A DNA stretch of 64,000 bases, taken from NCBI GenBank assembly GCA_027315165.1, contig DAHUYN010000004.1, positions 15,517-79,516 on the forward strand, written 5' to 3'. The DNA is from Thermoplasmata archaeon. GTDB taxonomy: Archaea; Thermoplasmatota; Thermoplasmata; Lutacidiplasmatales; UBA184. The notes under the pieces are model-generated. The model was not told the DNA's origin. It made no database searches and saw only the letters and a program-made list of their open reading frames with translations. Of this stretch, positions 54,467 to 64,000 are shown piece by piece. The position numbers and the translations under genes are program-made. The first letter of the stretch is position 1; each line of letters starts with the position of its first letter.

Positions 54467-56950
54467 ATGCCTCGAGAGGCGGTAGCGGCGGAACCGGCGC
54501 GCGACGCCGTCGACGCGCCCGTCGCTCGCCCGTCGGTCCGAACCCGGCTCCGTCGGATCTCCGCCTACTGGTTCCCCAAGCGCCCCGTCCCCGCGCGCGC
54601 CGACGGGCTCCTCGTGCCCCCAGGACGCGAGCGCTGGGGCTACCTCGTCGCGGTCCTGCTCGCGCTCGCGGCCGCGGCGTTGTACGAGCACTTCTCGCTC
54701 GTCGCCCCGGTCCCGCCCGGCGGTGACGAGGGGTCGTGGCTCGTCCTCTCCTACCCGTATGTGGGCCTGCCGTTCCCGACGCAGGCCGTGCCCTGGACCT
54801 ACCCACCCGCCTCGATGCCGTTCCTCGGCCTCTCGGTGATCGCGGCGGGCGGGCCTCTTGGCGGGGCCCGGCTCTTCGCGGGGCTTCTCATCGTCGGCCT
54901 CGGCGTCTCCCTCTACGAGATGGGCCGGTCCCTGTTCCAGCTGCGGACGGTCGCCCTCGTCGTCGAGGCGACGCTGTTCGTCCAGCCCGACTTCCAGCAG
55001 CTCTACTACTTCGGCTCGTTCCCCAACATGTTCGGCCTGATCTTCTTCTTCCTCGCCATCGCCTACGCCGCGCGCTTCGTGCGCTCCCGTCGCGACCGGT
55101 ATCTCGCGCTGTTCTGGGTCTCGATGACGATCGCCGTGCTCGCCCACGAGCTCGTCGCGGTGTTCCTCCTCGGACTCGTCCTCACGACGGCGGTCCTCCT
55201 CCTGCTCTACCAGCGGCTCCCGCGCGAGCTGTTCGTGCGCCCCGCGGGGTATCTCGGCCTCGCCGGCTTCGGGGCCGCCACGCTCGCCTACTACGAGGGG
55301 ACCCGCCTCGCCAAGACGGCGACACCGAACTACACGACGACCGCCTCGCTCGCCCAGACGATGAGCCGGCAGCTGTTCCCGACGGTCCTCAAGCCGTTCT
55401 ACCTCCAGAACTTCTCGTCGACCGTGAACGGCTCGGGGTTCGCGGTGACGCCGATCTGGTCGCTCGAGCTCGTCCTCGTCGTGGTCGGGCTCCTGCTCGG
55501 CGTCTTCCTGTTCGTCCGCTGGGCCCGCCCCCGGCTGGTCGAGGTGCGCCACATCCTCCTCGCGGCCTGGCTGATCTCGGTCTTCGGCGTCGCCATCGCC
55601 TGCTGGGTCCTCGGGCTCGGGGCGGACTACCGGCGGTTCGCCTACTTTCTCTACCCGCTCACGATCGTCTCGGCCGGCCTCGGGCTCGACCTGTTCCTCT
55701 CCTGGCTCCTCACGCCCCCCCTTCCCGTCGTCGCCGTCAACGACTCCGCCCCCCTCTTCCGGGGCCTCCGGCCGGGCCCGTGGAGCCCGCGAGACCCGTC
55801 GCCGCGTCCGCGCGCCGTGGCCTTCGTCCTCATCGTCCTCACGCTGCTCCTCCTGACCTCGACCCTCGCCTACACCGTGCCGCAGGCCTCGAGCTACGCG
55901 AAGTTCTTCACGGCGACCGGGCATGACGGACAGTTCGTCTCCGCGATGCAGGCGATCTCGGCGTCGACCGTGTCGGGGGCGATCTACTCGTCGACGGAGT
56001 CCGTCGACCGATGGCCCGCGACCCTCACGGCACGCAATGTTTTCGAGGCGCGGGCCCCGACCGGCTTCACCTACACGCCGTCCCAGCTCCTGGGTGACGA
56101 GGAGGCGAACCTCGCTCTCTCCTACCGGTACACCGTGACGAACGGGCACGTGGCCGCGTCGATCCCCGGGGTCACCCCGGCGTACTTCAACGCCTCCCCC
56201 GTGATGTCGATCTACCTCTACGGGGTCCTCTACCAGGTCCTCTCGCTCACGCCGCAGAACATCTTCGTCGGCCTCGGGACGAACGCGACGACCTCGATCT
56301 TCACGAAGGGCGTCACGCCGGCGCCGCAGATCACGCTCCCGACGGACCCGACGAACGCGACCCTCACGCTCACCTACCCGGAGCCCGGCTACGAGGTCGT
56401 CGAGCAGGTCGCGACGCCGCCCGGCACCGACCAGCTCTCGATCACGCTCTCCGCGATCTCGAACGGCTCGGTCGCCTTCGGCGCCCTCCGTACGAAGCTC
56501 ACGTCGGCGACCGGTTCGTTCTCGAACGCGACCGCCCTCGGCCCCACGGGCTTCTCCTGGTTCACGAACACGACGGGCGGCAACGTGACCTCGTTCGGGA
56601 ATCTCACCTCCGGCGCTCTCACGGCCGTCGTGCCGGCGAACGCGACCACCGGCCGCGGGACGTCGGTGTCGATGCAGGTCAACGCGACGATCCCCGTCCC
56701 CGTGCTCTCGCTCTCGTTCACGATCGCCGCCCCCGGCACGTCGAACCCGACCTCGCAGATGAGCGGGTTCTTCAGCACCCCCGCGCTCTTTGAGACGTGG
56801 GGGGTCCGGTTCGCCCTCCTCTCGCTCGCCAACTCGAACACCGGCAGCGCGCCCAAGGCGTTCTACATGAACGAGTACGGCGGGACCGTCTTCTGGTCGG
56901 GGACCCTGTGGGTCGTCCTGCTCCTCCCCGTCGTTCTCGGTCCGGGCTGA
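54467..56950 (+). CDS. GT-C-fold-like integral membrane glycosyltransferase candidate (about 12 TM) with a ~400-aa sequon-rich extracytoplasmic C-terminal domain (paralog 1)
   Basis: First-loop acidic residue PPGGDEGSWLVLSYPYVGL, then MPFLGLSVIAAGGPLGGARLF, QQLYYFGSFPNMFGLIFFF, DYRRFAYFLYPLTIV. No WWDYG motif, so not a canonical AglB. Confidence 0.65.
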   Translation: MPREAVAAEPARDAVDAPVARPSVRTRLRRISAYWFPKRPVPARADGLLVPPGRERWGYLVAVLLALAAAALYEHFSLVAPVPPGGDEGSWLVLSYPYVGLPFPTQAVPWTYPPASMPFLGLSVIAAGGPLGGARLFAGLLIVGLGVSLYEMGRSLFQLRTVALVVEATLFVQPDFQQLYYFGSFPNMFGLIFFFLAIAYAARFVRSRRDRYLALFWVSMTIAVLAHELVAVFLLGLVLTTAVLLLLYQRLPRELFVRPAGYLGLAGFGAATLAYYEGTRLAKTATPNYTTTASLAQTMSRQLFPTVLKPFYLQNFSSTVNGSGFAVTPIWSLELVLVVVGLLLGVFLFVRWARPRLVEVRHILLAAWLISVFGVAIACWVLGLGADYRRFAYFLYPLTIVSAGLGLDLFLSWLLTPPLPVVAVNDSAPLFRGLRPGPWSPRDPSPRPRAVAFVLIVLTLLLLTSTLAYTVPQASSYAKFFTATGHDGQFVSAMQAISASTVSGAIYSSTESVDRWPATLTARNVFEARAPTGFTYTPSQLLGDEEANLALSYRYTVTNGHVAASIPGVTPAYFNASPVMSIYLYGVLYQVLSLTPQNIFVGLGTNATTSIFTKGVTPAPQITLPTDPTNATLTLTYPEPGYEVVEQVATPPGTDQLSITLSAISNGSVAFGALRTKLTSATGSFSNATALGPTGFSWFTNTTGGNVTSFGNLTSGALTAVVPANATTGRGTSVSMQVNATIPVPVLSLSFTIAAPGTSNPTSQMSGFFSTPALFETWGVRFALLSLANSNTGSAPKAFYMNEYGGTVFWSGTLWVVLLLPVVLGPG

Positions 56951-57022
56951 GCCACGAGCCTCAGGTCGCGCGTCGTCCTCGGAGCCGCCGAGGTGCCGGG
57001 CCCCCCTCGTCGGGAGGAGGGA

Positions 57023-59581
57023 CTACCGGGTCACCGGCCCGGTGGGAGGGCCGGCGCCGGCGATCGTGACGGGCCCGGGGATGGGGGACGGGAGGAGCAG
57101 CAGCCACCAGGGGCCCGCCACCGTCTCGACGGTCGCGCCGTACTCGGTCTCCAGATAGGCGACCAGAGGGAGGCCCGGCGAGGCCGCCGAGTTGTACACG
57201 AGGATCCACCGGACGCTCCAGTTCTCCCACTGCTGGTCCGCGGCGATCCACGGGCCGGGCCTCGGGAAGACGTTGACGAGCCCCGGCGTCGTCAGGTTGA
57301 GCGAGAAGGCGAGGCTCGAGTCGTTGCTCGCGGTCGCGGGCACGCTCTTGATCAGGATCGACGGACTGATGTTCAGCGCGGCGTTGTACGGCGTCACCTT
57401 GGCGAGCGCGGACGCCGGCGTCAGATTCGCGAACGTCGACACGTTCCCGCTCCGGAACTCCGTCAACCACGAGAAGCTCCCGTTCGTCGGGCCGTTGGCG
57501 ACGATCGTGCGGACCCCCGAGATCGTCGCGAGACGCGCCTCGAGATAGGAAAGGTGGAGGCCGGGCGCCGCCGTTGCGTTGAAGTTGACGAGGGCCGTCG
57601 GGGAGCTCGAGAGCGTCGTCACGGTCTCGTTGACGGTCACGAGCGGATTGACGAAGGTGAGCGAGTAGCCGAGCCCGCCCGCGATCGGGACGATCGGTGG
57701 GGCCGCCTGCCCCGAGGGAGAGACGATGACCGAGGCGCCGGTCGAGAACCCGACGAGGACCGAGCTCGACTGGAGGCGGAGGACCTGTCGGTAGGCATCC
57801 GAGGAGAACACGCCGTAGAGGGGGGTCGAGTTGAAGTTCGTCCCCGCGGCGCCCGGGATCGACGCCGACACGTACCCGTCCGTCGCCGTGTAGCGGGCTC
57901 CGAGCGTGATCGAGGCGAGCTCGCCGTCGAGGACCTGGATCGGCGTGTACTGCTGGCCGGTGCTGGCGAGGAGTGGCACCTCGTAGGTGATGCGGGACTG
58001 CGAGAGGGCGGACGGCCAGTGGCCGGCGTAGATCGAGGCGCTCAGGACGTTGCCGGGGATCCCGGACGCGGTCATCGCGTTGATCGCGTCGAGCATTGCC
58101 TGGTCGTGGCCCGTCTTGGCGTAGTAGCTCTCGTACGAGAGGCCCAGCGGGACCGTGTAGACGACCGCCGAGGCGCCGACGATCCCGACGAGCGCGAGCG
58201 TCAGGAGGACGTCGAGCCACGCGGCCCGGCGCCCGCTTCGCGTGAACCGCCAGCGGCGGCGCGTGTGACCGGGAAGGGGCGGGAGCGCGTCCACCGCCCG
58301 CTCGCTCGCCCAGTGGGTCAGCGCGAGGTCCGCGAAGTACATCAGGAGAAGGATCGCCGGGACGTAGAGGAAGTACTGGAACCGACGGTAGTCGGTGACG
58401 ACGTTGAGGACGTAGGCGGCCGTGATCCCGGCGAACGGCGCGAGGAACATCGCGGCGAGAAGGATCCAGGGCGTCGTGAGGTACTTCGGGGCCATCCACC
58501 GGAAGCCCAGGAAGAGGAGGAGCATCGCGACGGACGCACCGACAACGAAGTCGAAGCCCGCCGTCGTGCTCACCTGGGAGGTCGAGCCCGCGAGGACGTC
58601 GTAGATCGTCGAGAGATAGAGCGGCGTGAGCGCCGACGGGAGCAGGGAGCTCGACGTCGTCCCGCCGGTGACGAAGTAGCTGGGATGCCCGATGTTCGAG
58701 AGCGCGGTGATCCCGTAGTAGGCGCCGAGTCCGGCGGCGACGATGCCGGCGCCGAGGGCACCGGCCCGGCTCACCAGGAGCGTCCTCGGTAGACGGCCGG
58801 CGACGACGAGCCCCAGAGAGGCGAACAGGAGCGTCGCTGCGAGGACGACGGCGGAGAGCGAGTGAGCGAGCACGCAGCCGGCGACCGCGAGCCAGAAGCC
58901 GAGAAGGTGGCTCTGTCGGCGCGAGCGGAGGAACCGCATCAGAAAGCCGAGCGAGATCACGAGAAAGACGAGGGCGAAGAGATTCGGGTACCCGCCGAAG
59001 TAGTAGATCTGCAGGAAGTGGGGCTCGGCGAGCATCAGCCCCTCGGTCAGCAGCGCCAGTGACGGCCGCACCAGCAGGCTACGGGCCAGGAAGAAGACCC
59101 CGAAGCCGAAGGCGAGCATCACCGCGGCGATGTAGAGGCGGCCGCCGTTGAGCGGACCCCCGCCCGCGATCGTCGCGAGGCCGAGGAACGGGAACGAGAG
59201 CGGCGGATACCCGAACAGGGAGGAGACCGAGGCGTGCGCGAGCCCGACGTACGCGTACGAGGTGAGCAGCCAGGTCGACGGGTCCACTCCCGGTGGGATC
59301 GGATACGCCTCGGTCGACACGACCCAGAGGACGGCGAACACGACCCCGAGCGCGAGCGCGAAGACCGTGTACAGCCAGCCGTACGGGACATCGGCGGCGA
59401 GGCCCGAGGGCGTCCGGGGCTCGTCGGTATCGGTCGGAAAGACCCGCCCGACCCACGCGGAGAACGAGCGCCAGCGCTGGCGGATCCCCCCGACGACCCG
59501 CCGCGGGAACGAGCGCCTCTCCGCCACCGGGGCCGGTGCGGGGGCCGGCGGCGCCCCGGGGGCCGCAGGTGTCGCCGGCAT
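57023..59581 (-). CDS. GT-C-fold-like integral membrane glycosyltransferase candidate with a sequon-rich C-terminal domain (paralog 2, convergent with paralog 1)
   Basis: PPGVDPSTWLLTSYAYVGL, FPFLGLATIAGGGPLNGGRLY, LQIYYFGGYPNLFALVFLV, DYRRFQYFLYVPAIL. Collinear with paralog 1 along its entire length. Confidence 0.65.
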   Translation of the reverse strand: MPATPAAPGAPPAPAPAPVAERRSFPRRVVGGIRQRWRSFSAWVGRVFPTDTDEPRTPSGLAADVPYGWLYTVFALALGVVFAVLWVVSTEAYPIPPGVDPSTWLLTSYAYVGLAHASVSSLFGYPPLSFPFLGLATIAGGGPLNGGRLYIAAVMLAFGFGVFFLARSLLVRPSLALLTEGLMLAEPHFLQIYYFGGYPNLFALVFLVISLGFLMRFLRSRRQSHLLGFWLAVAGCVLAHSLSAVVLAATLLFASLGLVVAGRLPRTLLVSRAGALGAGIVAAGLGAYYGITALSNIGHPSYFVTGGTTSSSLLPSALTPLYLSTIYDVLAGSTSQVSTTAGFDFVVGASVAMLLLFLGFRWMAPKYLTTPWILLAAMFLAPFAGITAAYVLNVVTDYRRFQYFLYVPAILLLMYFADLALTHWASERAVDALPPLPGHTRRRWRFTRSGRRAAWLDVLLTLALVGIVGASAVVYTVPLGLSYESYYAKTGHDQAMLDAINAMTASGIPGNVLSASIYAGHWPSALSQSRITYEVPLLASTGQQYTPIQVLDGELASITLGARYTATDGYVSASIPGAAGTNFNSTPLYGVFSSDAYRQVLRLQSSSVLVGFSTGASVIVSPSGQAAPPIVPIAGGLGYSLTFVNPLVTVNETVTTLSSSPTALVNFNATAAPGLHLSYLEARLATISGVRTIVANGPTNGSFSWLTEFRSGNVSTFANLTPASALAKVTPYNAALNISPSILIKSVPATASNDSSLAFSLNLTTPGLVNVFPRPGPWIAADQQWENWSVRWILVYNSAASPGLPLVAYLETEYGATVETVAGPWWLLLLPSPIPGPVTIAGAGPPTGPVTR

Positions 59582-59695
59582 AGGCGTAGGGCTGCGAGCG
59601 GCCCTCGTATCTAAGTCTTGGGGAAACGCTGCGCCGCTTCGCTTCCGGCGCGCCTTGCGGTGCGTCGGAACGGCCTCCTCCTGGACCTTTCGGCC

Positions 59696-59710
59696 AAAGC
59701 GTTATAATGA
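59696..59710 (+). promoter_or_regulatory. BRE/TATA-like element AAAGCGTTATAATGA, about 30 nt upstream of the sulfatase-like ATG
   Basis: An AT-rich patch in GC-rich DNA at the appropriate spacing. Confidence 0.35.
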
Positions 59711-59738
59711 GGGCGAAGTCGGACTCCCCTTCGCACCG

Positions 59739-61178
59739 ATGGCGCCGCGCAATCTCGTCGTGATCGTCGCCGACACCCTCCGGGACCCGAAGGGCCTGCA
59801 AAGGGGGGGTCCGTCGTTGATGCCGTTCCTCGACGCGTTCGCCAAGAGCGGCGCCCGGTTCGAGCGCCTCCTCGCCAGCTCCTCCTGGACCGCTCCCAGC
59901 CACGTGAGCCTCCTCACGGGCCTCGACCCCTGGGAGACCCACTTCGAGGTCCCGGGGGCCTCGCGACGGCCGCCCCCTGCCGAGAGCGTCGCCGATGCCT
60001 GGGGGAAGGCGGGCGGCGTCTCCGCAGCCTTCTCGGCGAACTTCGTCGTCACGCCCGTCCTCGGGACGGCGACCGGCTACACGAGATTCAACCCGGGGTT
60101 CCCGTCGGGCACGGCGGGCAAGCTCCAGCTCGCGCTGCAGTTCAGCGGCTACGAGCGGCTCCTGTACTGGGCGGTCGAGGCGGGGTACCGCCCGACGGGG
60201 GGCCCGCTCGGCCGTCTCGGCTCGGCGGCGCTGAGCTGGGGGGGTACGGGTTTCTGCCGGTCGATCGGTGGGCTCCGCAACGGCGACACGATGGCCCGCT
60301 CGCTCGCGTCGTTCCTGCGCCGCCGCCGTCGAACGGGCGCGACGAAGCCCCTCCACCTGTTCTTCAACCTCGTCGAGGCCCACGAGCCCTACCTCCCTGG
60401 AGACAACGGAGGCCCGGCGGGAGGCCCTCGGGACCTCGCCCACCTGCCGAGCATCAACCTCGCGCGTCTCACCGATGCCCTGTCGCCCTACGGCTCTCCC
60501 GAGCGCTTCCAGGAGGTCTACCGGGCCTCGCTCCCCGTGCTCGACCGAGCGCTCGAGCGGATCGTCCGCGTCCTCCAGCGCTCGGGCGTCCTCGATAACG
60601 CGGTGCTCCTCTTCCTCTCCGACCACGGCCAGAGCCTCGGCGAGCAGGGGTTCTACGGCCACGGCTACTACCTCTTCGACGAGCTCGTCAAGGTCCCCGC
60701 CTACCTCTGGGAGTTCAAGGACGGCAAGCCGCTGCCCGCCCCTTCGCTGCCGACGGAGTGGGTCGACCACCGGCACCTGTTCGACCTCCTGCGGTCGGTC
60801 GCGCCCGACGGGGCCCCCGTGGCGCCTCAGGAGATCCTCACGGACAGCCTCGTCCGACGGGGGCCCGCCTGCTCCTACTTCGAGGGGCCGAGACCCCGGC
60901 CGCCCGGCGGCTTCGTCTTCAAGACCCCGCGCAGCCAGGTCTACCGCATGCTCCGGGTCCAGGCCGGCGAGGCCGCCGTGATGGGCATGTCGGACGGCGA
61001 GGGAAAGAATCTCCGCTCCGTCCCGACGCACAGTCTCGACCCGACCTCCCCCGAGCTCGAGGCGATCGCGCACCAGATCCTCGGGTCGATCCAGGGCGTG
61101 ACGGCCGCGACCTCGGGTCCCCAGAGCGCGCTCGATGCCCAGGTCGACGCCCGGCTCAAAAGCTGGGGCTACGACTGA
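59739..61178 (+). CDS. Sulfatase-like hydrolase/transferase (alkaline-phosphatase superfamily) with Thr at the nucleophile position
   Basis: VIVADTLRDP (metal site), SSSWTAPSHVSLLTG aligning to the sulfatase C-T-P-S-R-AALLTG with Cys replaced by Thr and Arg by His, FLSDHGQSLGEQG. The track ORF's upstream extension is junk. Confidence 0.75.
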   Translation: MAPRNLVVIVADTLRDPKGLQRGGPSLMPFLDAFAKSGARFERLLASSSWTAPSHVSLLTGLDPWETHFEVPGASRRPPPAESVADAWGKAGGVSAAFSANFVVTPVLGTATGYTRFNPGFPSGTAGKLQLALQFSGYERLLYWAVEAGYRPTGGPLGRLGSAALSWGGTGFCRSIGGLRNGDTMARSLASFLRRRRRTGATKPLHLFFNLVEAHEPYLPGDNGGPAGGPRDLAHLPSINLARLTDALSPYGSPERFQEVYRASLPVLDRALERIVRVLQRSGVLDNAVLLFLSDHGQSLGEQGFYGHGYYLFDELVKVPAYLWEFKDGKPLPAPSLPTEWVDHRHLFDLLRSVAPDGAPVAPQEILTDSLVRRGPACSYFEGPRPRPPGGFVFKTPRSQVYRMLRVQAGEAAVMGMSDGEGKNLRSVPTHSLDPTSPELEAIAHQILGSIQGVTAATSGPQSALDAQVDARLKSWGYD

Positions 61179-61391
61179 GCGGCGGCCCCATCCGGGGCGG
61201 CGCGCCGGGCCGAATGCGACGAGCCCCTCTCGCCAACACAGCCCTTAAGAGACACCGGACCCATCCGCGGCGGAACGGATGCGGGCTCACCGGAGGGGAT
61301 TCGGGGTCCCCCGTGGGGGTGCGGACCTCCATCGGGTTTCCGTCGCCACAACGGGGTCCAGCCCGGGACGGTCCGGTCTCAGGCAAGGGAC

Positions 61392-62864
61392 ATGAGACCC
61401 TCCAAGCGACGCGACTCGCTCCGGGCGCCCGTCGTCGTCGCGCTCTCGATCGTCGCCCTCATGACCATCGCCGGGACCGGCGTGAGCGGGGCCGCGGTCT
61501 CCGCTTCGGGCGGTGCGGGGGTCTCGGTCACCGTGACGCCGTCGCTCTCCTCGCTGCCGATCGGACCCTTCTCGAAGATCCAGCACGTCGTCATCGTGAT
61601 GATGGAGAACCGGCCGTACGACAACTACTACGGCGTGTACTGCACGGCCAAGACCAAGACCTGTCCGATGACGGCGAACGGTCTCCCCGCCAACCTCTGC
61701 GTCCCGCTCTACCCCTCGAAGGCCGGCTCGGCGTGCGAAGCTCCGTACAACTTCACGAGCTCCCACCTGGGTGGCGACCCGGACCTCCCCCATGCCTGGC
61801 AGAACGAGCACACGGCCTACGCGAACGGGTCGATGAACGGGTTCTACGGGGCCGAGGGGAACTCCAACCTGACGTTCGGCCACTTCAACGGGACGACGAT
61901 CCCGACCTACTGGGACCTGGCCCAGGAGTTCGGTCTGTCGGACGAGTTCTTCTCGAGCGTGATGTCGTTCAGCCTGCCCAACCACTGGTACCTCGTCGCC
62001 AGCCAGGCCCCCGCCATCGTCCTCGGGAGCTCCATCTGGAACGCCTCCTCGAACTTCGTGTATCTCAACGAGGCGAACTCGACCCCGACGATCGAGCAGG
62101 AGCTCAGCGCGCATCCCTCGGTCTCCTGGGCGTACTACGACTCGTCGCTCACGTCCTACCCGCGCGCCCTGTCGCTTCCCAGATACGACCCGCAGAGCGC
62201 CTACACCTTCTGGAATCCGCTCGCCGCGAAGAACCAGTCCTACTCCGGCACCGCCCCTTCGCACTTCCAGCCCCAGCAACAGTTCTTCTCCGACGTCTCG
62301 AACGGCGCCCTGCCCAACATCTCCTGGGTGATCCCGAACGGCCTCTACTCGGACCACACACCGGCGAACGTGACGTGGGGCGAGGACTTCGTCGCGTCGC
62401 TCGTGAACCTCGTCGAGACCTCCTCCTACTGGAACAGCACCGCCATCTTCCTCACGTGGGACGACTACGGCGGGTTCTACGACCACGTCGCGCCGCCCCA
62501 GGTCGACTCCGCCGGCCTGGGGATGCGGACCCCGCTGCTCGTGATCAGCCCGTGGACCCCGGCGGGGGTCGTCGGTCACAAGACGCTGTCGTTCGACTCC
62601 CTGTTGGCGTTCGTCGAGTGGCGCTGGGGACTCGGCTGCCTCGTCACGCGAGACTGCAACGCGACCATGCCTATCGGCTTCTTCAACTTCCACCTTCACC
62701 GGAATCCGGTGGGCTTCGAGCCCCCGAACGCGTCGACGTACCCCTATACCGCGCCCCCGACGGGGTCGCAGCCGTACATCATTTTGCCGAACACATTGCT
62801 ACAGATGATCCTCAACAAGACCTCGCCCGGCATCGTCGACCAGATCCCGGCCGACTACGACTAA
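61392..62864 (+). CDS. Secreted phosphoesterase-family protein (phospholipase C / acid phosphatase AcpA-like)
   Basis: Signal peptide. Hallmark [19 protein letters not shown]. ...[12 protein letters not shown].... More than 20 N-x-S/T sequons. Confidence 0.85.
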   Translation: MRPSKRRDSLRAPVVVALSIVALMTIAGTGVSGAAVSASGGAGVSVTVTPSLSSLPIGPFSKIQHVVIVMMENRPYDNYYGVYCTAKTKTCPMTANGLPANLCVPLYPSKAGSACEAPYNFTSSHLGGDPDLPHAWQNEHTAYANGSMNGFYGAEGNSNLTFGHFNGTTIPTYWDLAQEFGLSDEFFSSVMSFSLPNHWYLVASQAPAIVLGSSIWNASSNFVYLNEANSTPTIEQELSAHPSVSWAYYDSSLTSYPRALSLPRYDPQSAYTFWNPLAAKNQSYSGTAPSHFQPQQQFFSDVSNGALPNISWVIPNGLYSDHTPANVTWGEDFVASLVNLVETSSYWNSTAIFLTWDDYGGFYDHVAPPQVDSAGLGMRTPLLVISPWTPAGVVGHKTLSFDSLLAFVEWRWGLGCLVTRDCNATMPIGFFNFHLHRNPVGFEPPNASTYPYTAPPTGSQPYIILPNTLLQMILNKTSPGIVDQIPADYD

Positions 62865-62957
62865 CGGTTTCGACGGGGTCCGTTGCCGTCCTCCGTACCC
62901 CGAGCTCCGCGCCGGCACGCCCGGGACGCCCGAACGCGACCTACATGCCAAAGCCTC

Positions 62958-64000
62958 ATGAACCGTGCACGCCTGCCCGACGAACGCATGCGCGCCTTGG
63001 GCCGGCCCGTCCTCGCGGCGCTCGCCGCCATCGCGCTCGTCCTCCTTCTGCTGCCGACGGCGACCGCGGCGAGCCCCTCGACCTCGAGCGCGGGGCACTA
63101 CACGGCCCCGAAAGCGCCGACCCCGTCGACCTTCCCGATCACCCACATCGTCTTCCTCATGCAGGAGAACCATGCCTACGACAACTTCTTTGGCGCCTAC
63201 TGCCCGACCCGCACGACCCTCTGCCAGCTCACGGGGAACGGGATCCCGGCGGGGACCTGCATTCCGACCTCGCTCACGAACCCGAACGCCAGCTGCATCG
63301 CGCCCTTCCCGCTCAACGAGAGCTTTGTGAACCACTCGTCGGGCGGAACGCACAACTGGCAGTCGTCGCACCTCGCCTACAACTCGGGGAAGATGAACGG
63401 CTTCTACGTGGCCTCACCGAACAACCGCTACGTGATGGGCTACTACAACGGCTCGACGATCCCGGAGTACTGGAACCTCGCCGAGCAGTACGCTCTCGGG
63501 GACTACTTCTTCTCGAGCGTCCTCGACTTCTCCCCGCCGAACCACTGGTACGCGCTCGCCGGCCAGGCGCCGAACGAGTCGTTGATCAACTACGCCCCGT
63601 CGCAGTCCGGCGGCTTCGGCGGACCGCTCACCGGGCCCCAGGAGATCTACCTCAACGAGTCGAACGCGACGACGACGCTGAACGACGCGCTCCAGCGCGC
63701 GAACCTCTCGTGGAACTACTACGATGACAGCCTCAACAACCAGAGCTACCAGCAGGCGCTGAACCTCACCCAGGCCGGCAGCCCGACACAGGTCAGCGTC
63801 TTCAACTACTGGAACCCGCTCGTCGCGAAGGCGGAGAGCTACACGAGCCCGATCGACTCCCACCTCCTGGACCGAAGCCGGTTCTTCACCGACGCCGCGA
63901 GCGGCAACCTGCCCTCGGTCTCCTGGGTGATCCCCGCGATCAACCAGTCGGACCACCCGATCGCCAGCATCGCCGCGGGGATGTCGTTCGTCGGCTCGGT
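62958..64000 (+). CDS. Secreted phosphoesterase-family protein, second paralog (3' end beyond the window)
   Basis: Signal MRALGRPVLAALAAIALVLLLLPTATAAS, hallmark ITHIVFLMQENHAYDNFFG. Collinear with the upstream paralog (PNHWYALAGQAP versus [12 protein letters not shown]). Open to the window end. The alternative start is the ATG at about 62988. Confidence 0.8.
   Translation, partial: MNRARLPDERMRALGRPVLAALAAIALVLLLLPTATAASPSTSSAGHYTAPKAPTPSTFPITHIVFLMQENHAYDNFFGAYCPTRTTLCQLTGNGIPAGTCIPTSLTNPNASCIAPFPLNESFVNHSSGGTHNWQSSHLAYNSGKMNGFYVASPNNRYVMGYYNGSTIPEYWNLAEQYALGDYFFSSVLDFSPPNHWYALAGQAPNESLINYAPSQSGGFGGPLTGPQEIYLNESNATTTLNDALQRANLSWNYYDDSLNNQSYQQALNLTQAGSPTQVSVFNYWNPLVAKAESYTSPIDSHLLDRSRFFTDAASGNLPSVSWVIPAINQSDHPIASIAAGMSFVGS

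Noticed and set aside
54467-59581. Calling the two large membrane proteins AglB/STT3 oligosaccharyltransferases
   Set aside because: Their architecture is similar (multi-TM plus external domain), but I could not find the WWDYG or DK/MI motifs. They are left as GT-C-like candidates only.
1-64000. CRISPR arrays, rRNA genes
   Set aside because: No run of regularly spaced direct repeats of 24-40 bp and no rRNA-like conserved stretches were seen. The only tandem DNA repeat is the 3 x 15 bp at 50182-50226.

Overview
By eye this is a very GC-rich window (roughly 70%) with archaeal signatures. These are a short (~225 aa) archaeal-type triosephosphate isomerase, a dodecin, YVTN beta-propeller surface proteins, AT-rich TATA-like boxes about 25-55 nt upstream of start codons in otherwise GC-rich DNA, and frequent GTG/TTG starts including a TTGA stop/start overlap. 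The lineage guess (a high-GC euryarchaeon, possibly Thermoplasmatota-like) is low confidence. Because of the GC content the six-frame track is full of long Arg/Pro/Gly-rich shadow ORFs. I accepted only ORFs with protein-like composition and recognisable family motifs. About 55 genes are supported. They include two ABC-2 exporters, a MacB/FtsX-type ABC system, two giant sequon-rich cell-surface proteins, PurT, TpiA and IlvE. There is also a starch/maltodextrin cluster (GH57, two GH15, ROK kinase). Glycan-assembly genes are scattered early (a Wzx-like flippase and a GT4) and concentrated in the last ~14 kb. A small mobilome island at 42.8-47.8 kb carries an IS110-family transposase gene split by an IS3-family element, unknown cargo, a VapBC toxin-antitoxin and an ORF-free tract. 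The loci most worth follow-up are: (a) a multi-TM / long coiled-coil / KaiC-like pseudo-ATPase protein of 876 aa next to a SAM methyltransferase and a tiny zinc-ribbon gene under a bidirectional TATATATA promoter; (b) convergent paralogous GT-C-like membrane proteins with a sulfatase-like enzyme that has Thr at the nucleophile position and two secreted PLC/AcpA-like phosphoesterases; (c) the disrupted IS110 element whose left end could encode a bridge RNA. No CRISPR array, rRNA or convincing tRNA was seen. Coordinates that I derived by hand counting may be off by a few nucleotides. Coordinates taken directly from the ORF track are exact.
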